From Chara braunii (lineage: Eukaryota; Plantae; Charophyceae): 64,000 nt of DNA. A model generated the notes under the pieces. The model was not told where the DNA came from and made no database searches. It saw nothing but the letters and a program-made list of their open reading frames with translations. A program made the translations under genes and the position numbers. The DNA is taken from positions 5,248,108 through 5,312,107 of the forward strand of contig BFEA01000021.1 of assembly GCA_003427395.1 (NCBI GenBank). The letters run 5' to 3'. Below, piece by piece: positions 39,044 through 51,929 of the stretch. Position 1 is the first letter of the stretch, and each line of letters opens with the position of its first letter.

Positions 39044-39331
39044 NNNNNNNNNNNNNNNNNNNNNNNNNNNNNNNNNNNNNNNNNNNNNNNNNNNNNNNNN
39101 NNNNNNNNNNNNNNNNNNNNNNNNNNNNNNNNNNNNNNNNNNNNNNNNNNNNNNNNNNNNNNNNNNNNNNNNNNNNNNNNNNNNNNNNNNNNNNNNNNNN
39201 NNNNNNNNNNNNNNNNNNNNNNNNGAGCAAGGCAAAAAGTGGCAAGTGAATATTTCCCCATTTCTGCAAAAGATTCATTTGCTCGTCCTATCGATGGAAT
39301 GTGAGTGTGTGAGGCGTTCGTGATTCGACCA

Positions 39332-39407
<76 letters not shown>

Positions 39408-39562
39408 GAAGACACTTACCTGTTGGCCGCTAGTCCCGATCGCAGCGATCGGGCAATCGACCCGAACGCAATGCACCACCCCACTGGATGGCTGTATCAG
39501 ACGGGAGAAAATAGCTAGCATACATTCGCTATCACTTACATTATAATTCTTATTCTTATTCC

Positions 39563-39619
<57 letters not shown>

Positions 39620-40183
39620 TCCTATTAGTATCATGTTTGAACCCAGAGGAGGAGAAGATGATGCATGCACGATGGAGATGGTGACGATGGTAAGAGCGCG
39701 GCAAGCAGAGGAACAATGCGCAGGGGGATAGCAAGCATGGGGGTGCTAGCGAGAAGGAGGAGTATTGCGAGAGAAACAGAGAGAGGCACTAAGGGGTACG
39801 TGCGAGCATTGGAAATGTCACGCCGGAAAGAGAAGAATACCGCGTAAGAGTTAGGAAGCAACAATGCCGCGTGGGGAGATGGACAATAGAGCATGCAGGA
39901 ACAACACAAGTGAAAGAATGGGGAGTGGGAGATGACAGAGACGATGAAGGAGTGGATGGAGAGTAAGAAGGAGAGGTAGGGAGAAGACTAAAAGAAAGGA
40001 GGAAGACAAAAGAAAGAGAGGGAAAAGGGTGAGAGGAAAACTTACCTGGTCGAAGCATCGACTGTCGACCCCGAAGGCATAACTCCCTCGTTTTGACTGA
40101 ACCGGATCGGAGAGATAGCTTGTATATATTCATTACCTAAGTTATTATTATTTTTATTATTATTATTATTATCGTTATTACTC

Positions 40184-40251
<68 letters not shown>

Positions 40252-40724
40252 GTAATCTACAAATAAGGAAAATGTGTGTGAGTATGTGTGTGTGTGTGTG
40301 CGTGAGTGTGGGACAGAGGGCAATTTGGTGGTCTTCAGGGAAGGAGGCGAAGTGTGGGGTTATCAGGGACTGACTGAGGGCGGCAAGATACGTACCTAAT
40401 GCATGAAGAGAGGTCAGCTATGGTGTTGACATCATGTACATTGGTCTTCAAGAGTCGAAGCGAGCTTGTTGCGGAACAAAGCCGTAGGTAGGATAGTCGA
40501 AGTGGAGTAGGCTAGGCGTCGGGGGCCGGACAGAGGAGAGCGACTCGGGATACTGTGCTGGTGTGGCTTGAGCGATTGAACATTAGCTCATTGCTTCATT
40601 GTATTGCTCTACTCTGGATAGATTCTCGGGGCATCTGTACTCTCTGCTTGGACACGACTACTTGGGCATCTGTATGAATTCACAACTTGGTTTCTGTATA
40701 TTTTTCCCACTCATATTCCTTGTA

Positions 40725-40758
<34 letters not shown>

Positions 40759-41158
40759 GCATGATGATCTTTGGGTACTAGTGACATCTGCGCATGCGGG
40801 ATCGAGGTAGGGGGTGAAGCGAGAGACTTACCTGGTGCCTGAAGCATGCGGCGTTGGCCACTACCTGCTCATACTCAGAAAGCTGTTGTCGTCAATATTC
40901 GGCATCATAGTCTAGGCTAGAGAGGATCTGCTATTCGTAGTCTGGGCGCCGAGCGCCAGATAGGAAGCCAACATTGGTTATTCGTTGATGATGATGAGAC
41001 TGTTTCAGCATTGTCAAATTATGAGCTTTTGTTGTACTCTTATTTGGTGAAACTCGTGATGCAGTCCTGATGTTGGTTCGAGGTCACGACTATCTGGTCC
41101 CTAGTGTATGATGCTGTTCGATTTCTGAAATTCGTTGTTGCTCATCTTTCTTGCAAAC

Positions 41159-41219
<61 letters not shown>

Positions 41220-41266
41220 TCGTATTATTATTATTATCAATATTATTATCATCATTATTATCGGTA

Positions 41267-41328
<62 letters not shown>

Positions 41329-44300
41329 ATTAACTTCGCATGCATGCAAACAGATGGTGATGTACACTAGCGCTTGGTGCCCACTCAAAGCTCAGAGATA
41401 TGGAAGTCCGGAACGCAGTACGGATGCAAACTCGAAATAGCAGGCTATGGCACTTTAATGCCTGAACTCTCAAGACTCGTAACTATGTCTAACACCGTTG
41501 TTCGCACTCACTCTCACCCTGTATCACCCTGAATACCCCGCGCAGACGCTCTGAAACGCACACACGGGTTCACGGACATTATGACACAGTGAAAACAGAC
41601 ACTGTGACAGGGAACGGATGCAGAACATGGACAATGGTGCAGACAAACGCACAGACGGAGACCGAGACAGACAAACAGAAAGGGAGACAAAACAGGCAGA
41701 TAGACAAAGGGGGATACTTACCTGTATACGGGTGCGCCAAATGATGCTGCCATCATTCCCCATGCCAATGCTACACGACATGCACGGGATGAACCTGGAA
41801 GAGGGGGTCATCCGGATTCATCTATTTTATTGATTTACAAATTCGATGTTTTAGTTTTCAACTGTTACAGATCGTGACCTTTAGTAGTGTTCGATCGTAT
41901 GCAGGAGAAAAGAGAAGAGTGGAAGAACGAGAGGGGAAGAGAGAGAGAGAGAGGGAGAGAGGAATGATGTTGATGATGATGTGAGGGCACATACCTGGCA
42001 TTGGCAATGGCCTGCACGGGTCGACATCCCCGAGTGCTTCAGTTGGCTTCTGATGACAGCAGTAGCATCATCAATCAGTAAGATAGTAGTAGCTATGTAG
42101 GGAGTAGGCTGGGCACCGAGCGCCAAGTAAGAAGAAAGGCTTGGACACGTACGGTGGCAGTAGCGAGACTAAACTCTCGTTGGCATTTGGGTTTTCAGTG
42201 TTACGATTCTCCGTTGTTGTTATATTGGTGCAATGCTGCTTTCTGGGCACTGTAATACGACCTGATCTTCAACGTAATTGTGCAAACCGAAAATTTTCAT
42301 CTTGCTGTTGCTTGTTTCCCCTGCATAATTATTATTATTATTATTATTATTATTATTGTTTGCGATCAGATTCGCTTTTATTCATGCTTTCATGCTTGCA
42401 AATAGTAGCACAGCAAACCGGCGATGCACGCCCACTCAGTACTCAGAGATATGGCAGCCAGATAAGAGTTCACTTTCACTGGCTATGGCGACTCAGCACC
42501 CAACAACAACACTGTGCACATGCACTGGACCATCCTGGACGTCTCACGCATGATGCTGTGTGCTCACACAGCACACATGCCACTGAACACTCTGGGCATC
42601 CGCAGAGCACCGTGGCATAAGACGCTGAGACAGTACTTCCGCATGGATTCCGCATTACTGAAGGAATGCCTGGGCGCTGCCCTTGGTTTATACTTCTAAA
42701 AACTCGTTTGGTCTGCCCTGTCCCATCGGCCGTAGTGCTCGCAACCCCTCGCAGTACTCGCTGGACTTGGTTGGGACAGACCGGACAGGCAGGCAGGAAC
42801 AGGCAAAACTAGACAGACAGAACGGGCAAAACTAGACAGGCAGACAGACAGCGCAGACAGACAGGCAGACAGACGGTCGGAGAGCAAAGACACACAGACA
42901 CTATGACATGAACGCAGTCACAGTGATGCACACACAATCACCGGTGACAATGCACAATGACGCAGTGTGACGTGCGCACGAATGCCGTGACGAGCACAAT
43001 GTCACGCACTGTGACACACGCACTCGTGCAGATACAGTAAAACCCACACAATTGCGGTGACAGACACGGTGTCACATACGCGGTGACACAAGATCTTCGG
43101 ACACTTGCAGACCTTCGTGCACAAGATGCTCTGACAAGCGCTCAACACAGCTCGCAGAGTGAATGGATGACTTGACGCTGTTTCTTTATTTATGCTTCGG
43201 ATTGTCAAAGGACTGCCTTTGGACCCTGGGGTCGGGGTGCACGCAGTCCCACATGGTACTTGTTGACTTATCGAAGTGCGATCAAGACTGGGCACCGCAG
43301 ATTGGGCTGGGTCAGACTGCCGCTTGCCCAGTTGCCTACAGACTGCGTGATCGGACTCACGAACGGTCATTGCCAGAATCTTCATAAAAACTGCTGGTTG
43401 GATCTTTTGGCACTGTAGCAACTATGCTACAGCAGCAACTCCTAAGGCACGGACACCCAGTGCTCGTGACAGGCAATGCACTGTGACACAGATACACCAT
43501 GGTACGCGGCGACCCACAGTGAAATAGACATAGACATTGTGACACACACAGATGCAGTGGAACAGGCAGTCACACTGTGACAAATAGACTGTGACAGACA
43601 TATAGTCACGTGGTGTCGGTCACACTGTCACAAACTGACAGTTACACAACGACACATACGCTGTGGCACGTACACTTGCGCTGCACCTACAGCTATCCAA
43701 TGGTTGAGCTCTTCATCCGCGCCCACTGCGTCCTCCGGACTCGCTGTCGACCTCCTTGCCCAAACCACTGTGACAACACTTCTGTATGGCTCGCGCAGTA
43801 ACGAAGGAAAGGTTGGGCGCTGCCTCTTGATTTATACTTCTGTAAATCGTTGGTCTGCCTCTTTCCACCAGGCCTTAGTGCACGTAGTCCCGCACGGTAT
43901 TAGACTCGGTGAGACTGAGACTGGTACCGCTGGCTAAAAAGAGGTTGTACTGCCAACTAGCCTACGGACCTCTAGCCTAGCAAGTTACGACCTCTACACG
44001 ACTGTAACCTCTACTTGTCAGACCTACGGTCCAAGACTCAATGAGTGCATTGGCCTGCAACAGACAACAACTGACTCCGGGGACACAGAGTCGTGATGAT
44101 GGTGACAGCGGTTGTGGCATACACAGCAGAATATAGACCATGACATACACAGTGTGACAACAGCGGTGGCATACACAACAGAATACAGGTTGTGACATAC
44201 ACGGCGTGACCCAGACTGTGGCATACACGGTAAGGTACAAACTGTGAAGTCACACGGCGACACATAAGAGAGACGCATACGCAAAAGAGGGAGAGAGGGA

Positions 44301-44449
44301 CAGAAATGTGAGAGAATGAGAGAGAGGGGAAGAGAACATACAGGGTATACACTCGTAGTCACATTGGTAGTGGCGTCATTGGCCTTCACGGTCAAAGAGA
44401 GTCTGTTGCATTATCGCCAAGTAGAAGAAAGGCCTGATATACGTGTCGG
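38346..44449 (-). pseudogene. Array of short spliced-exon-like segments (decayed multi-exon gene or lncRNA) inside the nested insert
   Basis: Strong AG|GTAAG or GTATG donors near 38345, 39419, 40045, 40831, 41721 and 41995, each followed by CT-rich intron-like sequence. Exons bounded on both sides lie at 38346-38439, 39420-39491 and 41722-41794. Confidence 0.5.
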
Positions 44450-44678
44450 CTGCAACAAGGGAAAGGCCTCATTGACAGCTCTATGAAGTATTCGGATTCC
44501 GATTAATGTAACATCAGTGCATTGCTACTCTCTGATCAGAGTAGGACTTCCTGACTTTCAAGGGGATCTCACCGTCTGCACTCTGTCCTTCCGCTTTTCA
44601 CCATTGCCCTACGTCATTATTGTTATTACTATTATTATTCTAAAAATTATTATTATTGTTATTATTATTATTATTACG

Positions 44679-44725
<47 letters not shown>

Positions 44726-45039
44726 CTTGTGTCGTTATTCTGATTAGGCATCATACAAGGCCAGAGATGAAGAGAAAGCATGGGGCATTGGAAAAGGGAG
44801 TGACGCTACCCTTTTGCGATAAGTGCTCACCTCCTTCACCCTTCTCCATACTTAACTTTGTATGGTCCTCTCATACACCTGTCTCCTCAAGTTTATTCAG
44901 TTGAGGGTTTGATCACCGTTGAGTTAACCCTTACCTCATCTAACCCTAAGAGCCAGCAATCGATTGCATGAGTTGTATATGACCATTTTCAGGTGGAACT
45001 CTGGAGGCAGGGAACAGCGAGGTATGTGTACTTCAAACA

Positions 45040-45064
45040 TAAACCCTAAACCCTAAACCCTAAA
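45040..45064. repeat. Interstitial plant-type telomeric repeat / telo-box cluster
   Basis: TAAACCCTAAACCCTAAACCCTAAA. Confidence 0.75.
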
Positions 45065-47989
45065 TCTGTAACCTTTAGGCTGCTACCTATGACTATGTTA
45101 GTAACGAGGGTACAGCGATCTTGCTATGTGGGTGTTCTTTGGGGATGTGGATGCAAAGGGGATCGATTACTCATATTCTTCTCTCTATACGCCGTCTGAT
45201 GATAATGTGTTTTATTTGGTTCAGCCTGTTGTGATTGAATGCAACGATGATGATCCATGTTAATTATTTCTTGTCATACGTCTGATCCAAATATAAGTTC
45301 TCAAACTAACAACGATTCAGGGCTCGAATGCCATCAAAAGCGATGACTTGAGCCATAGGTAAGACTTGTGTGGAGGTGAGAATAGCAGGGAAAGCCTGCC
45401 TTAACTCCAAATGAGCCTTACGCTTGGTCAGTGGTAAGTGCAGGTACCCTTGGACACCCGCCTTATTGAGGGCTAGCCACTGATAAGAGTAGCAGGGGAA
45501 TCATGTCTTATCAGTGACTAGTCTGATATAAGAGTTGTGAGGTTTCAAGGACACCTGCCTTATCATTAACCAACTTAACATTNNNNNNNNNNNNNNNNNN
45601 NNNNNNNNNNNNNNNNNNNNNNNNNNNNNNNNNNNNNNNNNNNNNNNNNNNNNNNNNNNNNNNNNNNNNNNNNNNNNNNNNNNNNNNNNNNNNNNNNNNN
45701 NNNNNNNNNNNNNNNNNNNNNNNNNNNNNNNNNNNNNNNNNNNNNNNNNNNNNNNNNNNNNNNNNNNNNNNNNNNNNNNNNNNNNNNNNNNNNNNNNNNN
45801 NNNNNNNNNNNNNNNNNNNNNNNNNNNNNNNNNNNNNNNNNNNNNNNNNNNNNNNNNNNNNNNNNNNNNNNNNNNNNNNNNNNNNNNNNNNNNNNNNNNN
45901 NNNNNNNNNNNNNNNNNNNNNNNNNNNNNNNNNNNNNNNNNNNNNNNNNNNNNNNNNNNNNNNNNNNNNNNNNNNNNNNNNNNNNNNNNNNNNNNNNNNN
46001 NNNNNNNNNNNNNNNNNNNNNNNNNNNNNNNNNNNNNNNNNNNNNNNNNNNNNNNNNNNNNNNNNNNNNNNNNNNNNNNNNNNNNNNNNNNNNNNNNNNN
46101 NNNNNNNNNNNNNNNNNNNNNNNNNNNNNNNNNNNNNNNNNNNNNNNNNNNNNNNNNNNNNNNNNNNNNNNNNNNNNNNNNNNNNNNNNNNNCAGTGATA
46201 AAAATAGCAAGGATCCTTGGACACCCGCCTTATTGAGGGTTAGTCAGTGATAAGAGTAGCAGGGGAATCCTGTCTTATCAGTGACTAATCCAATATAATA
46301 AGTAGCGAGGTTTCAAGGACACCTGCCTTATCAGTGACTAGCCATAGGATAAGCCTACCGCTAAGTATGCTTTGGCTCACAAGGGTCAAGACCCACAAGA
46401 TTTGCCTTTGTCAAACAAGTTCCAGTAACAAGTGGATATGCCCTGAATGGTCTGCCATACCGACGCTAAATTTCTCCATGATCTGCATTGTTCAGTCCTA
46501 ACTGACTATCTCTGATTCTACTGAGAAAGGGATAAGTGAGATCTTGCCTCAGAGAGAGACTATCCATTTGTCTGATTCTTTCCATGATATTCTTTTCCAC
46601 AGGTTGGATTGATGATGTGTTCAAAGAAGGAAGGGAACTCAGACAAGATAATCCAAAAAAGGATAGGAATGAGATAGTGAGGAGAATATGGGGAGTTAGT
46701 ACGACAGTAAAAGAGGAAGTAAATTATTATTCACTACCTAAAGCGAAAGGGCAACAGCCCAAACAATTAGTTAAGGATAGAAGTCAGACAAAAGACACAG
46801 AGTCTAGAAGGAACTTTCTAGATCTCAGTTAGGAAGAGAGATGTTAAGATTCTCTTGGACTGTGTTGTGTCTACAGGTTTCGACACTTCGGAGAACTTAC
46901 GGGGAAATCCGTAAGAGCAACAATTCTATTATCTCTGGATAACAGGTCGGTAGAACTCCGACTCAACTTCCACCATGGCTTGACACCCACACCTAAGACA
47001 AGACCTAAGAAGGAACAAATAAATCTTCCCCCTGTATCTATGCCTAAATTGTCCAAATCACACTCAGGAGTCTTCGAAAATGTGTGGGGCTGGGGTAAAA
47101 TGGAGTCAGGGTTAGGAAGGAATGTTGATTTCAAGGGCTTGGGGCGTGAGTGACTTGCTATGAATGAATTAAAGGTTGACGCTTATAGTGCATTCTGTGT
47201 TTGCATCTGTATGCGTGTATGTGGTTTTCTTGCATTTGCACAGGTGTTGGACATTTGTGCTGTCTTCTGAGTTAGAGATCGTCTGAGAAATTCGGGCAAA
47301 GGGACACGACAATCGTGAAAGTGAGGTCCACCGCTCAGTCAGCTCCCCCTGATTTACATACATACAATATATATATATATATACTTGTGAATGGGATCGT
47401 AGTTGGTCAGGATTGGAAAGTCATTTGTCTAGGCTTCTGTTTGAGAGAATTAGAGACTACAAAGGGAATCGACCCTGGCATTCTCACATGATGAGTAAAG
47501 TAAACGTTGAGTCATGGTCATGGTTAGCTAAGCGTGGAAGACTGTCCGAGAAGTCGACCTGATTAGATAGTCGGTCCGGAGAGTTAGCACCTCGGGGCTC
47601 GACATACGGGTCAGTCTTAAGGCGTTCTACCGCGCGTATGCCTATGCTACGGCGATCGAGAAAACGCCCTCTGTTGGCCTACCTCTACGATTGCATATAA
47701 AAGCCTTCGTATGTGGGTCAGTAGCTCAGCAGGGATACGCCCACCTAAGGGATGGTGACAGCTCTCGCAGGTGGAGGTAATGTTGTACCTCGCTGGACCC
47801 TAACCTGTCGTAGGGAGTCGCGAGAGGTATAACACGCGCGCACGGTCCGAGTTGGTATTGCATAAATAACAAAGAAGACTCCTGCATGACACGACCGTGA
47901 GGTCCAACACCAAAAACTACTTTACGTCTGGGTGTGGAGAAACTCCTGCGTGACACGACCGTGAGGTCCGACACAAAACTACTTTGCGT

Positions 47990-49080
47990 CTAGGGTATGG
48001 GACCGCCGTGCGCGACAGCGCAACTTCGTACAGCTCCCGCGCACGGATCAGAGCCCCTCACACACGCGTGCAAGCCCGCGAATGGTCAGGACCGGGAAGC
48101 GCGCAAACGCGCGTACACGCGCGCAAGCCCGTGGACGGTCGGGATCAGGGAGCGTGCAACCACGTGCACACGCGCGCGTATCTGCGGACAGTCGGGATCG
48201 GGAAGCGCGCAGCCACGCGTACACGCGCGCGAGCCCACGGGCGGTCAGGATCGGGGAGCGCACAGTTGCGGGCGCACGCGCACAAGGCTGCGGACGGTCA
48301 GGATCGGGGATCGCGCAGTCGCTGGCGCACGCGCGCAAGCCCACAGACGGTCAGGATCGGGAAGCGCACAATCGCGCGTACATGCGCGCAAGCCCGTGGA
48401 CGGTCAGGATCGGGGAGCACGCAGTCGTGGGCGCACGCGCGCAAGGCTGCACACGGTCGGAATCAGGGAGCGCGCAGCCGCGGGCACACGAGCACAAGCC
48501 TGCAGACGGTCAGGATCGGGGAGCGTGCAGTCGCAGGCGCACGCTCGCAAGGCTGCGGACGGTTAGGATCGGGAAGCGCCCCGCGCGCAAACACGTGCAC
48601 GGTAGGGCACAAACCTCTCGCGCACAGTCGGGGCGGGGGCGCGGAACAGCTGCGCGCATATCGGGATCAGAGTGGGACAGCCGAAGAACCGGGCCATTGG
48701 GGCGCTGACGGGACATCCGCCAGATTGGGACCCCAGCGAGGACCGGAACTTCAGGCCAAGAGCAGATCGGGACTTGAGTGAGATCGGGACTTGAGTGAGA
48801 TCGGGACTTTTGACGGGACCGAGACTTTGAAATCAGGCCGGGACTTTCGGACCGGGCCGGGACATTTGAGACCAGGCAGGGATATTCGAGTTCAGGCCGA
48901 GGCCTTCGGACCAAGACGGGCGATTGAGAGGCTTGAACCTTCGGACTCAGGCCAGGACCATCGAATTTAGTCCGGGACCATCGGATTCAGGTCGAGACAT
49001 CAGACTAAGACCTGGACTATCGGATTCAGGACGGGACATCAGCGTAAGGTCGGGGCCATTACAGGGCGACACGTCAGACT
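47990..49080. repeat. GC-rich tandem arrays (~59-bp unit, then ~20-bp unit)
   Basis: Repeated GACGGTCAGGATCGGG(G/A)AGCGC (48060-48620) and GGACCATCGGA(T/C)TCAGG-like units (48760-49080). Confidence 0.85.
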
Positions 49081-49660
49081 AAGGCAAGGAGATTCAACAG
49101 TCGACAGGGAATTGTGAGATCAGATTGGTGTTTTCTTTGAGTTCTGGCCGGAGTGTCTAAGATCAGGACAAAGACCTTATTACCGTCACGTGAATGAACT
49201 GATGGTGAAACTCGATTTGGAGTTGTGGCCCGAGTGGGCCCGTGAGTCTAGCTCCGACACGGAGAGCTCCAGCACAATTCCATGGGATCAGCGGGTTCGT
49301 TATCGGCGACACCCTATCGAGCGGAGGATTCGCCCTAGGTTGATGGTGAGATCGGTTGGGACTCAGACCAATTTCCCTGACTTGGACACAGGGTCTCTCT
49401 CTGGGGTTGAGAGTAGCGTGATGAACCCTATTATTTTTGATTAAATGGAAATGTACATTTTGTTCCTGCCAAACGCTGGACTGTGAGTGTCTTGTTGTTG
49501 TGTCTTCAGTCAACTCCAATGCTCATCGAGTGGTTTTTTGACTAACCGTTTTTTTCTAGCAGGTTATAGGAGCCCCGATTGCCCCTCCCACGGGTGACAA
49601 ACGTGGGGTGACACACAGGGTGCGATCGACGTGCCGGCAAAACCCTCAAACCGGTCGACA

Positions 49661-50212
49661 ATGTCTCACCTTGTCGCGGAACCAGGAATAATTATTATGA
49701 AAACGGACTTCCCTCCCTACCACCACATACCGCCCTTCCATTCGCTGACCATCATCCCCTGGCGTGCAATTGCTTCGTATTGGCCGTGCTCGGAGTGCTT
49801 GCAAGACCACTAGTACCGAGCCTCCGGTTTCATCCAGCGAACCCGCTCAGAGGAAGAACGATGGGCGCACAGCCTTCGGCTATGGCCAGCCGCGTCGGAT
49901 TTCGAGACCAGTGACGCACGACACCAATAAGTGGTCGGACAGCACGATAGCCATAGCGCCCCGGCCATGCACCAAATACAAGCCCGACCCAGACGACGGA
50001 ACCAACAGAGGTGGTAGCCCCACGCTCAGAAACACAAAAACAGACTTTGACCCGCGCCTATCCTTTTGCATCGCTATCTTTGAACTTGCCCCAGGAGATC
50101 TCAGTTCCGACCTGGGACTCCACCCCACTTTCCCAAAAATCCTTGGCACACCCCTTTTCGCACTTCCAGGCTCATTCACACTCCGAACAGGAAGTCGTGT
50201 TGGGCTTGAGGT
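49661..50212 (+). repeat. 5' LTR of element C, right part
   Basis: Colinear with 60315-60875; ends ..CTTGAGGT with no CA. Confidence 0.9.
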
Positions 50213-50225
50213 TGGTATCAGAACC
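50213..50225 (+). promoter_or_regulatory. Primer-binding site, initiator tRNA-Met type
   Basis: TGGTATCAGAACC versus the canonical TGGTATCAGAGCC. Confidence 0.85.
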
Positions 50226-50369
50226 GACACGTGGCAAGCTCAGAGATTGCCAATTAGGTAGGATATAAGGGATGATCTGGCAAACAAAGGGCGTCCTAGA
50301 AAGAGGAACGCGCTGCGTCGCGACCCTATAATAACCAGAAGTAGATCCGCAGGTGGACAAGCTGCCAAT

Positions 50370-51593
50370 ATGAATGCCGATCCGACACCGAATGCTAGTG
50401 GGGCCCCGACCCCTCGAGTGCACGTGCCAATAACCCCGCCTAATTTATACCTTTTTGACCCTGCGCATCATCTGGCCGGAGCATGGCTAGCCACGCTGGG
50501 CGCACAACAATACGACAATGATGAGGCTAGGATTAACATCCTCGCCCGGTTGGGAGGGGATGCGCACCACTGGTTTACCACTTATGTATGGGTCGATCTC
50601 CCGACCTTCGAAAGAGACTTCCTAAACAGGTTTGATTACATCCACCCTGAGCAGGTTTTCTTTATGATCAAAGATTGAGTTCAAAAGCCCCTCGAATCTG
50701 TCGCCGAATACCGAAGTAGGTTTTATAGGCTATTTATTAAGTCAGAACGAGGTGAAAATATCGAGAGGGATTTGTTTATCGATTGACTCCGAAGTCGAAC
50801 AATGAGGGCCAAGCTGCGAAAGCAGTTCTCCCTCATCAACCATACCATGCAACAGATCATGGATATGGCAGAAGAAATGAGGAGAAAATTCGTTGCTAGC
50901 TTCCTAGAAGGGGAGGATCACGCCAAGGAAGGAGACTCTTCAGAATTACCCAGGGTGAAGACTGAGTTAGCTGCGCTTCAAAACAAATTTGAAAACATGG
51001 CCTTTATCTCCAGCCCCGTCACTTACCTAAGAACGATACCTGAAACAACCACGGGACTGCCTGTGATGGTCGTCCCTATGCCTCCCCCACCTGTGCCTCC
51101 TCCGGAACCTCCCGCGAAACCAAATGAGCCAAACGCAATACTGGAGCTGACCCGAACATTAATTAGTCTGATGCAAGAGAGCAAAAAAGAACGGTGTGAG
51201 CACAATGCTCGGATAAAATCTATGATGAGATTGATGCGCCCTATCGCTGTTCGAGCTGCGCCTATAACACAGGCAATAGCCCCTGCCCAGGCTGTGGGCG
51301 GTGCAACGACTAATCTAGGCATCTGCTACATATGTCACCAGCCCGGCCACCTGGCTCGGGACTGCCCCAACCGACCAGCACAAGTTCGGGTAGGTGTTGC
51401 CCCTGTGGCAGCAACACCAGTATCCAACAGGCCAGGAAGAGTAGGCACGATGATCGAGGAAACGGAGGGAGGAGGAAGCACAATCGTTACCACCGAGGAA
51501 ACGGCGGAACTCATCCCGCTCGATCAGTACATCTCGCTGGGTTACCCAGGAATGAGAATGATTGGAACCATCCAACCAGTGAACGAACGATGA
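50370..51593 (+). pseudogene. gag: Gypsy gag (interrupted) with CCHC zinc knuckle
   Basis: LGGDAHHWF..FERDFLNRF capsid-like segment and CYICHQPGHLARDC. Confidence 0.85.
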
Positions 51594-51929
51594 GAAGTTG
51601 TGAAATGGAGATCGTTCCCCGGAGAAATGGAATCTGGTGGCCCTACCTTCGTTACAGGAGAAATCGATGTCCTGAACATCGTCCGAGCTCTAGATCATCG
51701 GATCCCTCTGCCCATCGGACATCTACTGTCCATATTAGAATATGCAAATGAACGAATGTTGCAGCATTGCAAAGCCAACCGGAAACGGATTGACCTCACA
51801 AGGCAGGCAACCATCAAAGGGAAAGCCCCCGTCTGCGAAGACAAACTCGATGTCCCCAGCACCTCAGACCCGATACGGTTAGGACTCATTCGGAAAGATG
51901 ATCATTTCCTTCGCATTAACGTCATTCCG

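Larger units (their letters stand above)
35583..49660 (-). mobile_element. Nested 14-kb composite insert E (LTR-like ends, probably containing a further long element B ending at 49613)
   Basis: Interrupts the 5' LTR of C exactly at gtacACGT|...|ATGTctcacc (4-bp TSD with CpG decay). Its ends TATCGGGCGG...CCGGTCGACA are imperfect inverted repeats. Confidence 0.75.

Noticed and set aside
40990-41070. Box C/D snoRNA (ATGATGA...CTGA)
   Set aside because: No terminal stem or recognisable guide, opposite strand to the local exon array, and expected by chance.
47984-48781. 265-aa Arg/Ala/Gly-rich ORF
   Set aside because: Open in several frames because it is a stop-poor GC-rich tandem repeat.
45067-49613. 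Solo LTR starting TGTAAC at 45067
   Set aside because: The flanks AAATC and CACAG do not form a TSD, so the left boundary of B is unresolved.
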